64,000 nucleotides of DNA from Chloroflexota bacterium (GCA_963663275.1 OY760183.1:448001-512000); one strand, 5' to 3'; shown: positions 41,319 through 51,963, counted from the stretch's first letter. A program made the numbers and translations. Notes: generated by a model not told the origin, from the letters alone.

Positions 41319-42206
41319 ATGGCACAGGTCGCACAAGTTGAGGAACAGGCAACCGCCCCGGAACTCTCGTTCGACCAGCACGAGGACCAGCAGTACAACG
41401 AGCAACTCTATCGCTACGACAACTGCGCCGCCGGCATCGCCAGCATCGACGACTTCACCGAGGAGCACGTCGCGTTCTACCGCGAGACCGGCTATCTCGT
41501 CATCCAGCAGGTGTTTACGCCCGCGGAAGTGGAAGACGCGCTGGCGGGTTTCGTCGATCTGGTGACCGGCGCGTATCCCGACTTTCGCGGCGTGCAGTTC
41601 GAGAACGCCTCCAAGACCTACGTGCGCACCTTATCGCCCGAGCGGCAACTGGATTGCGTGCGCAAGTTGCAGCGGTTCGTGGAATGGGAACCGCGCCTGA
41701 TGGCCATGTCCCAGCACCCCAACCTGCAACGCGTGGTGCGCCGGCTGCTGGACGCCGAACCGGAACTGTTCGCGGACCAAGCCCTGAGCAAACCGCCCGG
41801 CATCGGACGCGAAAAGCCATGGCACCAAGACCACGCTTTCTTCAACCTACCCATGGGCACACCCATCGTGGGCACGTGGACCGCGCTGGACGCCGCCACG
41901 CTGGAAAACGGCTGCATGCACGTGAAACCGGGCACCCACAAAGAGGGGGCGGTGGTGCACTTCCGGCGGCGCGACTGGCAGATCTGCGACGACCACCTTG
42001 ACCTCAATCGCGACGTGGCGGCGCCGCTGTCGCCGGGCGGCGTGCTCTTCTTCGACGGCTTGATGCACCACGGCACACCGGCTAACCGCAGCCAAAGCCG
42101 GCGGCGGGCGCTCCAGTTCCACTTCATTCCGGCGGGCACCCCCCACACGGAACAGGAAGAACGTATGGCGGTGTTCGGCAGCGAGGGCAAAGACGTCGAT
42201 TGCTAA
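41319..42206 (+). CDS. phytanoyl-CoA dioxygenase (PhyH) family Fe(II)/2OG enzyme
   Basis: KPP, PWHQD, W.ALD.AT.ENGC, PGTH, HGT..N.S..RRA; TTGACA-N18-TATCAT at 41201-41230. Confidence 0.9.
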   Translation: MAQVAQVEEQATAPELSFDQHEDQQYNEQLYRYDNCAAGIASIDDFTEEHVAFYRETGYLVIQQVFTPAEVEDALAGFVDLVTGAYPDFRGVQFENASKTYVRTLSPERQLDCVRKLQRFVEWEPRLMAMSQHPNLQRVVRRLLDAEPELFADQALSKPPGIGREKPWHQDHAFFNLPMGTPIVGTWTALDAATLENGCMHVKPGTHKEGAVVHFRRRDWQICDDHLDLNRDVAAPLSPGGVLFFDGLMHHGTPANRSQSRRRALQFHFIPAGTPHTEQEERMAVFGSEGKDVDC

Positions 42207-42272
42207 GCCCGCAGCCTGAACGAAATCTCCTTAGACAGATTCTTGGCCGGGCACTCGTTCCCTCTCCCTTGA

Positions 42273-42588
42273 GAGACCTTTGCGCAACTCCGTCATGCCG
42301 GCGCAAGCCCGCCCCCGTGCGGGGGCGCAGAATCCAGACCGCATTTACAACTATAGAGAGCGTGATGTCAGGCATTTGCACCCCCATCCCAACCTTCCCC
42401 CTCGATGGGCTGACAGGGGTAGGCACGTGTCATTCCGAGCGGAGCGAGGAATCTAGAACCGACGTTTTTGCAGCGAAAGCCTTAGATTCCTCTCTCCGCT
42501 GCGCTCCGTTCGGAATGACACGTGAAGTCGGACATAGAATACATGCCTCTGTCAGCCCTCGATGGGGAAGGGGTTATGCAAAGCTCTC
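42273..42588. mobile_element. MITE-A (TSD cttga) with nested MITE-B (42407-42558, TSD tcgat)
   Basis: cttga|GAGACCTTTGCG ... TGCAAAGCTCTC|cttga; tcgat|GGGCTGACAGGGGTA ... TGCCTCTGTCAGCCC|tcgat. Confidence 0.88.
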
Positions 42589-42893
42589 CTTGAGGAGAAG
42601 GCCGGATAGAGCTACATCCTGCCCCGTTTACCTTACGCACTTCCTGGCGCAACCAACCCAGGCATCCGCAAAATCCCCCTGGGCAGAGAGCCGGGGTGAG
42701 GGGAAATCCGGCAGACCGCAGATAGCAAGCCTACGACGACGCGCAGGTTACAAACCTACTCTACCGGGGACACGCAGGTTACAAACCTGCGCTACCAGGG
42801 AACCGCAGACAACCTATGAGACCCCCTCTCCTGGGGGAGAGGGCCGGGGTGAGGGGAAATCCGGCAAACCAAACCAACCATGACCGGAGAACC

Positions 42894-45527
42894 ATGCAAA
42901 CGCTACTTGACCGGAGACCGATGCGCACGCTAATCGAAAACACCCGAACGTACGCCGCCTACGCCGCGGCCTTCATTCTCCTGGCGATCGTGTACGCCGT
43001 CAGTTTCGACGCCTTTGCCACGCTCGGCCAGGCCGCCTACGCCCTCGGCCACATTGTGGCGGCAGCCGCCGCGCTGGCAGCCGGCGGCGCGGCGTTGCGG
43101 CGCTTCCACGTGGCGCGGCGCGACTCCTTCCTGCTGCTCAGCGCCGGCCTGTGGGTAGCCGCCGCGCTGCATCTCGGCCACTTCGCGGCCACAGCCGGCC
43201 TCTTCGGCCCTGCCGGCTCCGCCGGCTCGCCGCTCGCGCTCGCCGCCGTGCAGCGGGGGGCGCTCCTGCCCACGCTCTTCTTCAGTCTCTTCCTGGGCTT
43301 GAGTCTGCTGGCCGGCAGGCAGAACCGCCCGTCCGCCGCGCAGCCGGCGGGCGTCTTCATGGCCGCCGGCACGCTTGCCTTCATCGCAACCGCCGCCGCA
43401 CTGGTCCTGCCCGTGCCGCCGCCGGACGGCGTGGCGTGGCTTCTGGGCCAGCCGGTCCCGCCGCTATTCGCCCAACCGGAACTCCTTTTGGCGGCCGCGC
43501 TCACAGTGGGCGGCATCATCGGCCTGCTGCGCGGCGGCAAATGGCGCGTGGAACCCATGGCCCGCTGGTCGCTGCTGGCGCTCATCGTCACGCTCGCCGC
43601 GCTGGCGCGCTTGCCGCTGCTTGCCGTCTGGCCGTCCGAGGCGCTGCTGCTGCTCGCGCAGGGCCTCATCGCGGCCAGCTACGGCTGCGTGATCGTTGGA
43701 GTCATCGCCAGCGTCATCACACACGCCGCCGGGCGCGCAACCGCAGCCGCCCCGGTGGCTGAAACAACCCGGCCGGCCCCGGCCGCCGCTCCCACAGAGA
43801 GCGCCCCGGCGGAGCGTCCCGCTCCCGCGCCGGTGGCCGCGCCGCTGGACCACCTCCAGGCCAGCCATCGCGCGCTGCGCAACGCCACCGACGGCTTGCT
43901 GCTGGGCGTGCGCGGCGACGGCACGCTGACCGATTGGAAGCCCGCCGCCGACTTTGGCCCCACGGCCATGCCCAGCGACCTGTTGGGCAAGAATCTCAGC
44001 GCCGCGCTGCCCGCCGATCAAGCCGAAGCAATCCTGGCGGCCGTCGGGCGCGTCCTGCTCGCGGGCAAGACCGAACGCCTGCAATACGCCTCCGCCGACG
44101 GCAGCGTGGCGCTGGGCGTCTCCATCACCGCCCACTCTGACGACGAGGCGCTGTGCGTCATTCACGACCGGACCGCCCAGGCGCGCGCGCTCCAGGAGTT
44201 GGATGCGCAGCGCCGCGCGGTGGAATCCCTGCGGCGGGTGATGGGAGATTGGCTCATCCGGCTGACGCGCGCCGGCACGATCCAAGACCTCCAACCGCCG
44301 GCCGCCCTGGAAAGCGCCATGTACGCCGACATGTTCGCCGGCAAGCGCCTGCAAGACCTCTTCCAGGGCGATGACGTGACCCCGCTGCTCGACGCGGCGG
44401 CAACCGCCCTGGATAGCGGCGCCGTACAGGAACTCGCATTCACGCGCCAGAGCGGCCAATCGTTGGCGGCGCGCGTCGCTCCCTGCGGCGAGGACACGGC
44501 GCTCTGCCTGCTGCGCGACGTTACGGCACTCGAGGAGATTACGGCGGAACTCCAGGAGAGCGAGGAGACGAACCAGGAACTGCGCGGGCGCCTGGAGCGG
44601 CTGACTGCCGAGCAAGCGACCACGCTCGAGGCCGCCGAGTTGTCGGCGCGCGCGCTGTGGACGCTCCTGCCCGATCTGGTGCTGCGCCTGCGCGCCGACG
44701 GCACGATACTGGAATGCAAACCCGCCGAGAGCTTTGGGCCGTCCGACGCACAGAGCATCCTAAACACCGCCATTGCGGATGTCTTGCCGGCCGACCTGGC
44801 GGCGCAGATCATGGCCGCGATCGAGCGCGCGCGGCACGACGGGCAACCGCAGCGGTTCACGTGCCAGCCGGTGGACGGCCAGGCGCTGGCGGGCGGCGTC
44901 GCCGCGCTGGCGGCGGACCAGTTCCTGTGCGTGGTGCGCGACCTGACCCAGCAGAAGCAGATGGAGACGGCCCTGGCCCAGCAGGCCGCGGTGCTGGCGC
45001 GGGAGATGCAGGCCAAGCTGGAGGCGGAGCACGTGCGCTCCCTGCGGGCGGAAAACGACGCGCTGCGCACACGCCTGCTGGACGTGGCGCGCGTTGCGCT
45101 GGAAAGCGGCCCCGACGCCGCGCCCACAGCCGACGGCGCGCCCGCGGACCCGACCGAGGCTACACCGGCGCAATCCGAAGCCGCGCCAAGCCCCCAGGCG
45201 GCTCCTCCCCCACCGCAAACCGAGCACGCGCCGCCGACACCGTCCGAGCCGCCCTTGCCGCCGGCCGCCGTCATGCCGAAGAATGCCGCCGCCGCGCCGG
45301 ACGCCGCGCCCGCACCCGCCGCGCTGGGAAACGGGGAACCTGCTCAGCCAGTCCCGGCGACCGGCAAGGACGGCGCTACGCCGCACAGAGCCGAAGAGAC
45401 GGCGCCCCGGGCCGCCACCAGCGTGGCCGCGCCGCGCGAAACGCCGCCGCACACGACGGCAAACGGACAGCATGAGCACGCCCCATCCACCAATGGCGAA
45501 CGGGCCGCGAAGGTTCGCCCCGACTAG
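42894..45527 (+). CDS. membrane sensor-like protein: MASE3-like TM region, three PAS-like domains, coiled coils, Pro/Ala-rich tail
   Basis: About 8 TM helices; three units with L..DG(T/S)I......P....L.GK.(L/I)..L(P/F) ending in C(V/L)xRD; no kinase or cyclase motifs. Start 42894 or 42921. Confidence 0.65.
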   Translation: MQTLLDRRPMRTLIENTRTYAAYAAAFILLAIVYAVSFDAFATLGQAAYALGHIVAAAAALAAGGAALRRFHVARRDSFLLLSAGLWVAAALHLGHFAATAGLFGPAGSAGSPLALAAVQRGALLPTLFFSLFLGLSLLAGRQNRPSAAQPAGVFMAAGTLAFIATAAALVLPVPPPDGVAWLLGQPVPPLFAQPELLLAAALTVGGIIGLLRGGKWRVEPMARWSLLALIVTLAALARLPLLAVWPSEALLLLAQGLIAASYGCVIVGVIASVITHAAGRATAAAPVAETTRPAPAAAPTESAPAERPAPAPVAAPLDHLQASHRALRNATDGLLLGVRGDGTLTDWKPAADFGPTAMPSDLLGKNLSAALPADQAEAILAAVGRVLLAGKTERLQYASADGSVALGVSITAHSDDEALCVIHDRTAQARALQELDAQRRAVESLRRVMGDWLIRLTRAGTIQDLQPPAALESAMYADMFAGKRLQDLFQGDDVTPLLDAAATALDSGAVQELAFTRQSGQSLAARVAPCGEDTALCLLRDVTALEEITAELQESEETNQELRGRLERLTAEQATTLEAAELSARALWTLLPDLVLRLRADGTILECKPAESFGPSDAQSILNTAIADVLPADLAAQIMAAIERARHDGQPQRFTCQPVDGQALAGGVAALAADQFLCVVRDLTQQKQMETALAQQAAVLAREMQAKLEAEHVRSLRAENDALRTRLLDVARVALESGPDAAPTADGAPADPTEATPAQSEAAPSPQAAPPPPQTEHAPPTPSEPPLPPAAVMPKNAAAAPDAAPAPAALGNGEPAQPVPATGKDGATPHRAEETAPRAATSVAAPRETPPHTTANGQHEHAPSTNGERAAKVRPD

Positions 45528-45636
45528 CGCCCCACCGCTCTTGACGTGAGGGCGCTACGTCAGTGCACAATAGATTCGAGCAAGTACCACGTAGCGTAAG
45601 TGAGACGACCAGGATCCATCAGGAGGAGCGACGATC

Positions 45637-46581
45637 ATGCAACTGGCACTGCATTCGGTCAGCTATGCGGGCGTGTGGCCGGGACAAGAGCGGCTGGCGC
45701 TGGAGGAGTTCATTCCCCGCGCCGCGGCGCTTGGTTTCACCGGCGTGATGCTGGTCGCCAAGCGGCCCCATCTTTCCCTGCTGGACTATCCGGCGCACCA
45801 ACCGGAGAAGAGAGAGGCCCTGCGCGCGCTGCTGGCGGAACATGGCCTGAGCGTGCATTCGCTGGCCGGCTACAACGACTTTACCGTAGGCCCGGAGCGC
45901 CCCGACGTGCCGTTTTGGGAACACCAGATCGTCTATCTTGCCGAACTGGCGGCCCTGGCGCGAGACCTGGATTGTCCCGCCATTCGCGTCTTCACCGGCT
46001 ACGAGCGGCACGGCCTTTCCTACGACGCGGGTTGGACCAGCGTGGTCACCGGACTGCGCGAGGCGGCGCGGCTGGCGGCCGACTTCGGCGTGACCCTCAC
46101 GGTGCAGAACCATCACGACTTCGCCGTGGACTACGAGAGCATGTACCAACTGCTCGCCGAGGTGGACCACCCCAACTGCCAGGCGGCCTTCGACGCCTGG
46201 TCGCCCGCCGTGCAGGGCTTGCATGGTGAAGAACTGGCGGCCGCCGTGCGCCGCATGGCGCCCTTCATGGCCTACACCACGGTGGCCGACTACGTGGCCC
46301 TGCCCCGCTACCGCTACGAACCGGCGCTGGTGAACTACGTGGCCGAACCGGCGCGCATGTTGGCGGTGCCCATGGGCGAAGGCCTCATCGACTACGATAC
46401 CTTCTTCGAGACCCTCATCGAGACGGGCTACACCGGCACGGTGGCCTACGAAATGTGCTCCTCCCTGCGCGGCGGCGGCGGCCTGGACAACCTGGATACG
46501 TGCGCCCGGCAGTTCCAGGACTACATGGCGCCGTACGTAGAGCGGGCGCGCGCCGCTACCGGCGCGGCGGTAGCGGGTTAG
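45637..46581 (+). CDS. sugar phosphate isomerase/epimerase family TIM barrel
   Basis: IRVFTG, VQNHHD, GEG.IDY..F, YE.C; RBS AGGAGG. Confidence 0.8.
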   Translation: MQLALHSVSYAGVWPGQERLALEEFIPRAAALGFTGVMLVAKRPHLSLLDYPAHQPEKREALRALLAEHGLSVHSLAGYNDFTVGPERPDVPFWEHQIVYLAELAALARDLDCPAIRVFTGYERHGLSYDAGWTSVVTGLREAARLAADFGVTLTVQNHHDFAVDYESMYQLLAEVDHPNCQAAFDAWSPAVQGLHGEELAAAVRRMAPFMAYTTVADYVALPRYRYEPALVNYVAEPARMLAVPMGEGLIDYDTFFETLIETGYTGTVAYEMCSSLRGGGGLDNLDTCARQFQDYMAPYVERARAATGAAVAG

Positions 46582-46589
46582 GCGCTGGC

Positions 46590-47351
46590 TTGTCACGTCC
46601 CTTTGCCGGCAAGACCGCTCTGGTTACCGGCGGAGCCTCGGGCATCGGCCGCGCCGCGGCCCTCGCTTTCGCGCGCGGCGGGGCGAGCGTGGTCGTCGCC
46701 GACGTGGATGAAGCGGGCGGCGAGGAAACCGCGCGCCTCATCGCAAATCTCGACGAGCGCGCCGCTTTCATAAAGACCGACGTGCGCGTTGCCGCCGACG
46801 TCGCAACGATGGTGGCGGTTGCCGTGAGCGCCTTTGGTCGTCTGGACGTCGCCTTGAACAACGCCGGCGTGCTCGGCAGCGGCGCGGCCATGATCGACTT
46901 CACGGAAGACGACTGGGACGACGTGATGGGCGTCAACCTCAAGGGCGTCTGGCTCTGCATGAAGCACGAAATACCGGCCATGCTGCAAACCGGCGGCGGC
47001 GCGATCGTCAACACGTCCTCGGTGGCGGGACTGGTCGGCAGCCAGCACAGCCCGGCCTACGCCGCCAGCAAGCACGGCGTGGTGGGCCTGACCAAGACGG
47101 CGGCGCTCCAGTACGCGCCCCACAACGTCCGCGTCAACTGCGTCTGCCCGGCCGCGGTCTACAGCCCCATGCTGGAAACCCTGGCGACGCGCAACCCCCA
47201 GGTGGGCGAACGGCTCCTGGCCTCCCAACCAAACGGCCGTTTCGCCAGCCCGGAGGAAGTGGCGGAGGTGGTGGTGTGGCTCTGCTCCGACGCCGCCTCG
47301 TTCGTCACCGGCACCGCCCTGCCCGTGGACGGCGGCTATACGGCGCAATAG
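46590..47351 (+). CDS. short-chain dehydrogenase/reductase
   Basis: TGGASGIG, NNAG, YAASK, VDGG; TTG start inferred. Confidence 0.93.
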   Translation: MSRPFAGKTALVTGGASGIGRAAALAFARGGASVVVADVDEAGGEETARLIANLDERAAFIKTDVRVAADVATMVAVAVSAFGRLDVALNNAGVLGSGAAMIDFTEDDWDDVMGVNLKGVWLCMKHEIPAMLQTGGGAIVNTSSVAGLVGSQHSPAYAASKHGVVGLTKTAALQYAPHNVRVNCVCPAAVYSPMLETLATRNPQVGERLLASQPNGRFASPEEVAEVVVWLCSDAASFVTGTALPVDGGYTAQ

Positions 47352-47570
47352 ACAATCCTATCTCCGGTAGCGCAGGTTCGCACGGAACGTGCGCATAACC
47401 TGCGTCTTCCGTAGGGTCATTCCATTCCGCTCTCATTTCCCTTGTTCCGGCGGGGGACAAGCCCCCGCGCTACTTTGACGCAACAGCATTGGGCACAAGC
47501 CCCGATGACGTCGCATTAACTTCTGACTTAGGCAACCATGGCAAATCCGCGCTGCTAATGCGCTTGACCT

Positions 47571-47624
47571 CTCGTCACACGGTGTAGGGGCACGACATGT
47601 CGTGCCCCTACACCGTGTGACGAG
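47571..47624. repeat. perfect 54-bp palindrome around the GTAGGGGCAC REP core
   Basis: ctcgtcacacggt-core-accgtgtgacgag. Confidence 0.9.
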
Positions 47625-47726
47625 CCGTTTAGAGGCTCATACTCGCGACTATCCACTTCAATGCGACAGCATTGGCGCTTGTCCCCCGCTTCCCGGCCTA
47701 CCTACCGTAGCGCGGGGGCTTGTCCC

Positions 47727-47888
47727 CAATGCTGTCGCATTAAACACAATGAGAGTGAAAACAACGCTCGTTTCTCCGGTAGCGCAGGTTTGTAACCTGC
47801 GTCTTCCGTAGGGTCAATCCATTTCGTTAGCATTTCTCTTATTCCGGCGGGGGACAAGCCCCCGCGCTACGTTAATGCGACAGTATTG
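47727..47888. mobile_element. MITE-C (162 bp, 11-bp TSD), opposite orientation to the copy at 30932
   Basis: gggcttgtccc|CAATGCTGTCGCATTAA ... TTAATGCGACAGTATTG|gggcttgtccc; a degenerate partial copy lies at ~47361-47491. Confidence 0.85.
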
Positions 47889-47999
47889 GGGCTTGTCCCC
47901 CGCCTCCCGGCCTACCTACCGTAGCGCGGGGACTTGCCCCCCGCTTCCCGGCGCAATGCCACACCACCATCGCGGACCCGCTATTTTACCGCCCCGGCC

Positions 48000-49355
48000 C
48001 TAATCCGAATGCCAGAGATTACCCCTAAACGGCGGAAACAGCGCGGCCAGCAGGGCTTGGGCCGTGGGCGTGGCCGTGCAATCGGGATGGCTCTCCACTA
48101 GCTGCGCGTACGTCCGGCGGCCGCCGAGCAATTGCAGGAACGTCAGATCGGCAAAGCTCGCGTCGCCGGACTCGTCAACCTTCAAGTCAACCGGGCGTAT
48201 CTCCCCAATGCGCCCCTGCTCGAAGTCGATGCGCAGGCCGCCGCGAAAGAAATTCAACGTGAGCGCGCCCGTGTAACCCTCCGCCGCCGTGCCGAGCAGG
48301 TTCTTCTCCAATGCCGGGCGCACGCGGCGCAGGAACGCGGCCAGGTCCGGCACGCGCAGATACCAGGCGTAGCCCGACTGCGACCGCGCCGCCGTGCTTG
48401 GCAACCCCGCGTACACGGGGTTCTCGCGTCCCAGCATGAAGTTGATCACGCCCGTCTTGCCCTCCTGGGGGCCGTCCGTAGTGCGGAGCGACTCCACGTA
48501 TCCAAACAGGCCGGACAAGAGTTCCGGCATGACGTTCAAGGGGCTCACGCCGGGAGCGAGCGCGCACTGGGTCACCACTAACAGCCACGGCTCCGCGGGC
48601 GCGACATCGCGGAGTTGGTGGTGCAGGATGAAGCCAACCGCACGCTCCTCCGCGTCCTCGATGATGAGCCAGTAGTCGCACACCGCGCTATCGGACGCGC
48701 GTCCCGTGAACTCCCACCGCCAGTGCGCGTCGGAACGGACGACGCTGTACGGCTGCCGTTTGGCGGCGTGGTCGTAGACGGAGCGCACGAAGGCGTGGTC
48801 GGCGTCGGCAAGCGGCCTGACGCGATACCGCGGCGCGGTCTCTGCCTTTGGCGGCGACACGCGCACCGTGCGGCCGTGGTAGAGATCGAGGGCGTATTCG
48901 TAGCCGAACTGCCGGTAGTACCACGGGATGCCGGTGATCGACTGCATCAGTTCGCCTTTGCTGGCGCTCAGCGCGTGGATCGCGTCCATTTGCGCGCGCA
49001 CCAAGCCGCGCCGCCGGTAGTCCGGGTCCGTGCCCACGTGCTCGACGCGCCCGCAGCCGAACGTGACGCCGCCGTACGACCAGGTCTGCGGGATCAGGCA
49101 GAGCGACGAGACGATCTTGCCCGTGCGCGTGTCTTCCACCAGCGTGAAGTCGCTTGCGCGCGTCGTCGGGTGCCGGCCCGACATCAGTTCACGCGCCCAA
49201 ACCGCATTGCCGTTGGCGGACGCGCCATATTCGCGCATGCGCTCGTTGAAGTCGGCCCAGGCGTCGAAGTCCTCCGGCACGGCAAAGCGCAAGCGCACGT
49301 TGCCGCCCAGGTCCAGGGGCGTATCGGGCAACGGCGGCGTTGTTTGAAATATCAC
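48000..49355 (-). CDS. GNAT family N-acetyltransferase (Eis-like multi-domain)
   Basis: VGTDPDYRRRGLV, GIPWYYRQFGYE; GTG start after GAGGT inferred. Confidence 0.85.
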   Translation of the reverse strand: MIFQTTPPLPDTPLDLGGNVRLRFAVPEDFDAWADFNERMREYGASANGNAVWARELMSGRHPTTRASDFTLVEDTRTGKIVSSLCLIPQTWSYGGVTFGCGRVEHVGTDPDYRRRGLVRAQMDAIHALSASKGELMQSITGIPWYYRQFGYEYALDLYHGRTVRVSPPKAETAPRYRVRPLADADHAFVRSVYDHAAKRQPYSVVRSDAHWRWEFTGRASDSAVCDYWLIIEDAEERAVGFILHHQLRDVAPAEPWLLVVTQCALAPGVSPLNVMPELLSGLFGYVESLRTTDGPQEGKTGVINFMLGRENPVYAGLPSTAARSQSGYAWYLRVPDLAAFLRRVRPALEKNLLGTAAEGYTGALTLNFFRGGLRIDFEQGRIGEIRPVDLKVDESGDASFADLTFLQLLGGRRTYAQLVESHPDCTATPTAQALLAALFPPFRGNLWHSD

Positions 49356-50117
49356 GGGCAAGAATACCTCGCTGGCTGCCTGAAACGTTCGCGCCAATCG
49401 TACCACCGGCGCGGAGCAGCGCGCCACGCCGGGACGATTTAGGCCGCCCTGCCAACGGGGCGGCCTTCGTCGTTTGCGCTCCCCCGCGTCGCCGCTTCAT
49501 GCCTTGACACCTTCCCTTATCACTACCTATGGCTTCTTTGCGCATCTCATTGTTTTTGATGACGTACATATATGCTGTAACTGTCGGGCTATAGGGCAAC
49601 TATAGGTACGCTGCCGGGACGCTTGCCGCCCCCAGCGCGCCTTGGCGTCTAGCGCCCGGTTTGCACCGGGTGCGCGGTTTCGCACCAGACCCGCGGTTCG
49701 AGTCTCCCCCGCCCCGCCGCCGCAGGCCCGCACAAGGATCTCAATCACCCTGGATTCCCTACTGGGCCGCGCACCTTGAACCCATGTCATTCCGAACGCA
49801 GCGCAGCGGAGTGAGGAATCCAGGATTTCCCGCGCTCTAGATTCCTCGCTCCGCTCGGAATGACACACACTGTCAGCGCCCTCTCGCAGAACCGGCATCC
49901 GTCAACGAAATACTCAACACGTGCAGAATCCGCCAGCGAATGCCCTGACGCTTACAGGAATCACAGGCCGAAAGGCCCGACCGTTTGCGGATTCCAGGGC
50001 GGCGTGCTACGTTCTGAACAGAATCGCGGAAAGAATCTTCACGTGGGACAGCCGGCCGCGCGGGTGCGTCGTGGCGCTTCATCCACGCAAGCGCCCGTTG
50101 GCGGCCTTAAGGAGCGA

Positions 50118-51872
50118 ATGCAGCGAATGGCAGACTTTACCACACGCCCCGTCATCATGGGCACGCACGGCGTCGTCACCACGGGGCATTACCTGGCAAC
50201 CGAAATCGGCATGCGCGTGTTGAACGCCGGCGGCAACGCCATCGACGCCGGCGTGGCCGCGGGCTTTGCCCTCAACCTGCTCAAGCCCCACGCCAACGGC
50301 ATCGGCGGCGAGAGTCCCATCCTCATTCACCGCGCCGCCGCCGACGGGCCGCAGCCGGTTGCCGTCAACGGCCAGGGCAGCGCGCCCCAGCGGGCGACCA
50401 TCGAGTGGTTTCGCGCCCAGAACATCGACCTCATCCCCGGCGACGGCTTTCTGCCCGCCACCGTGCCGGGCGCGTTCGGCGCGTGGGTCACCTCGCTACT
50501 GCGGTTTGGCCGGTTGAGCCTGGCGGAAACGCTGGGGCCGGTGGTGGACTTGGCCCGCGACGGCTTTCCCATGTACCCGGAATTGCAGCGCGCGCTGCAA
50601 AACCACGGCGAGAAATTTCGTACGCGGTGGCCGACATCGGCAGAGGCGTTCCTGGACAATGGCGCCGCGCCGCCGGTCGGCGCCATCTGGCGGCAGCCCG
50701 ATTGGGCGCGCACCTTCCAGAAAGCCATCGACGCCGAACAGCGGGAACTACACCGGGGCCGTGAAGCCGCCCTGCGCGCCGCCCTCGACTACTTCTATCG
50801 CGGTGAGGTGGCGCAGAAAGCCGCGGCGTTCGTGTCCAACACGGAAGTCTTGGACGCCAACGGCCAGACCCACCGCGGCCTGCTGGCGGCGGAGGACTTT
50901 GCCGCCTTTCGCACCAAAGTCGAGCCTCCGGCCACCGTCAACTATCGCGGCCTGGACGTCTACAAGTGCGGTCCCTGGTGCCAAGGGCCGGTCTTCCTGC
51001 AGCAACTCACGCTGCTGGAACAATTCGACCTGGCCGCCATGGGACACAACACGCCGGATTACGTCCATACCGTGGTGGAGGCGGCCAAACTCGCCTTTGC
51101 CGACCGCGAGACCTACTACGGCGATCCGGCGTTCACCCACGTGCCCCTGGAGCGGCTGCTGGACAAGGCATACGCCGTGGAACGCGGCGCGCTCATCGAC
51201 CCGGCGGCGGCTTCCGCCGACTTGCGGCCCGGCGGCGTGCCGCCGACCACGCTGGAAAGACAAGCGGGCGATCCGGCGTTCTACGCTTTCGACACGACCC
51301 ACCTGGACGTTATCGACGCGGAAGGCAACATGTTCTCCGCCACGCCCAGCGGCGGCTGGATGATGTCCTCGCCGGTGGTGGAAGGGCTGGGCTTCCCCTT
51401 AGGCACCCGCGGCCAGATGTTCTCCCTGGACCCGGATCACCCCAACGCCCTCATGCCCGGCAAGCGGCCGCGCGCGACGCTGACCCCATCGCTGGTGATG
51501 AAAGACGGCAGGCCCCACATGGTCTTCGGCACGCCCGGCGGCGACATGCAGGACCAGTGGACGCTGCAATTCTTCCTGAACGTGGTGGACTTTGGCATGG
51601 ACTTGCAGGAGGCGATCGACGCGCCGACATTCCATACGATGCACTTCCCCAGTTCGTTCTACCCGCGCGCGGCCTATCCGAAACGGGTGGTGGTGGAAGG
51701 CCGGATTGCCGCGGAGACGCGCGCGGCGCTGGAATCCAGAGGCCATGAAATCATCGTCGGTGGAGATTGGGCGCACGGCCAGGTGACCGGCGTGCGCTTC
51801 GATCCCGATTCCGGCCTGATCGAAGGCGCGGCGTCGCCCAGGACAATGGCGCCCTACGCCATGGGCCGTTAG
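50118..51872 (+). CDS. ggt: gamma-glutamyltransferase family Ntn hydrolase
   Basis: GGNAIDA, TVPGA, AFADR, DTTH (nucleophile Thr), PGKRPR.TL.P, FGTPGGD.Q; RBS AAGGAG. Confidence 0.92.
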   Translation: MQRMADFTTRPVIMGTHGVVTTGHYLATEIGMRVLNAGGNAIDAGVAAGFALNLLKPHANGIGGESPILIHRAAADGPQPVAVNGQGSAPQRATIEWFRAQNIDLIPGDGFLPATVPGAFGAWVTSLLRFGRLSLAETLGPVVDLARDGFPMYPELQRALQNHGEKFRTRWPTSAEAFLDNGAAPPVGAIWRQPDWARTFQKAIDAEQRELHRGREAALRAALDYFYRGEVAQKAAAFVSNTEVLDANGQTHRGLLAAEDFAAFRTKVEPPATVNYRGLDVYKCGPWCQGPVFLQQLTLLEQFDLAAMGHNTPDYVHTVVEAAKLAFADRETYYGDPAFTHVPLERLLDKAYAVERGALIDPAAASADLRPGGVPPTTLERQAGDPAFYAFDTTHLDVIDAEGNMFSATPSGGWMMSSPVVEGLGFPLGTRGQMFSLDPDHPNALMPGKRPRATLTPSLVMKDGRPHMVFGTPGGDMQDQWTLQFFLNVVDFGMDLQEAIDAPTFHTMHFPSSFYPRAAYPKRVVVEGRIAAETRAALESRGHEIIVGGDWAHGQVTGVRFDPDSGLIEGAASPRTMAPYAMGR

Positions 51873-51963
51873 CATCTGTCCCCTCTCCCGCTGGGAGAGG
51901 GTTAGGGTGAGGGTAAGAGATTTCATTGCCTGCACGTGGCGCTTGCAGCACAAGGAGGTTTTC

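Noticed and set aside
42200-42883. ORFs spanning repeat clusters (also 38952-39461, 60329-60775, 6659-7021, 34703-35023)
   Set aside because: They are translations of REP/MITE sequence (SPxGRGLG, IPAFAGMT, HSERSEES); no RBS or family motifs.
49500-49610. AT-rich patch as ncRNA or origin
   Set aside because: No recognisable structure or DnaA-box cluster; probably divergent promoter sequence that I cannot delimit.
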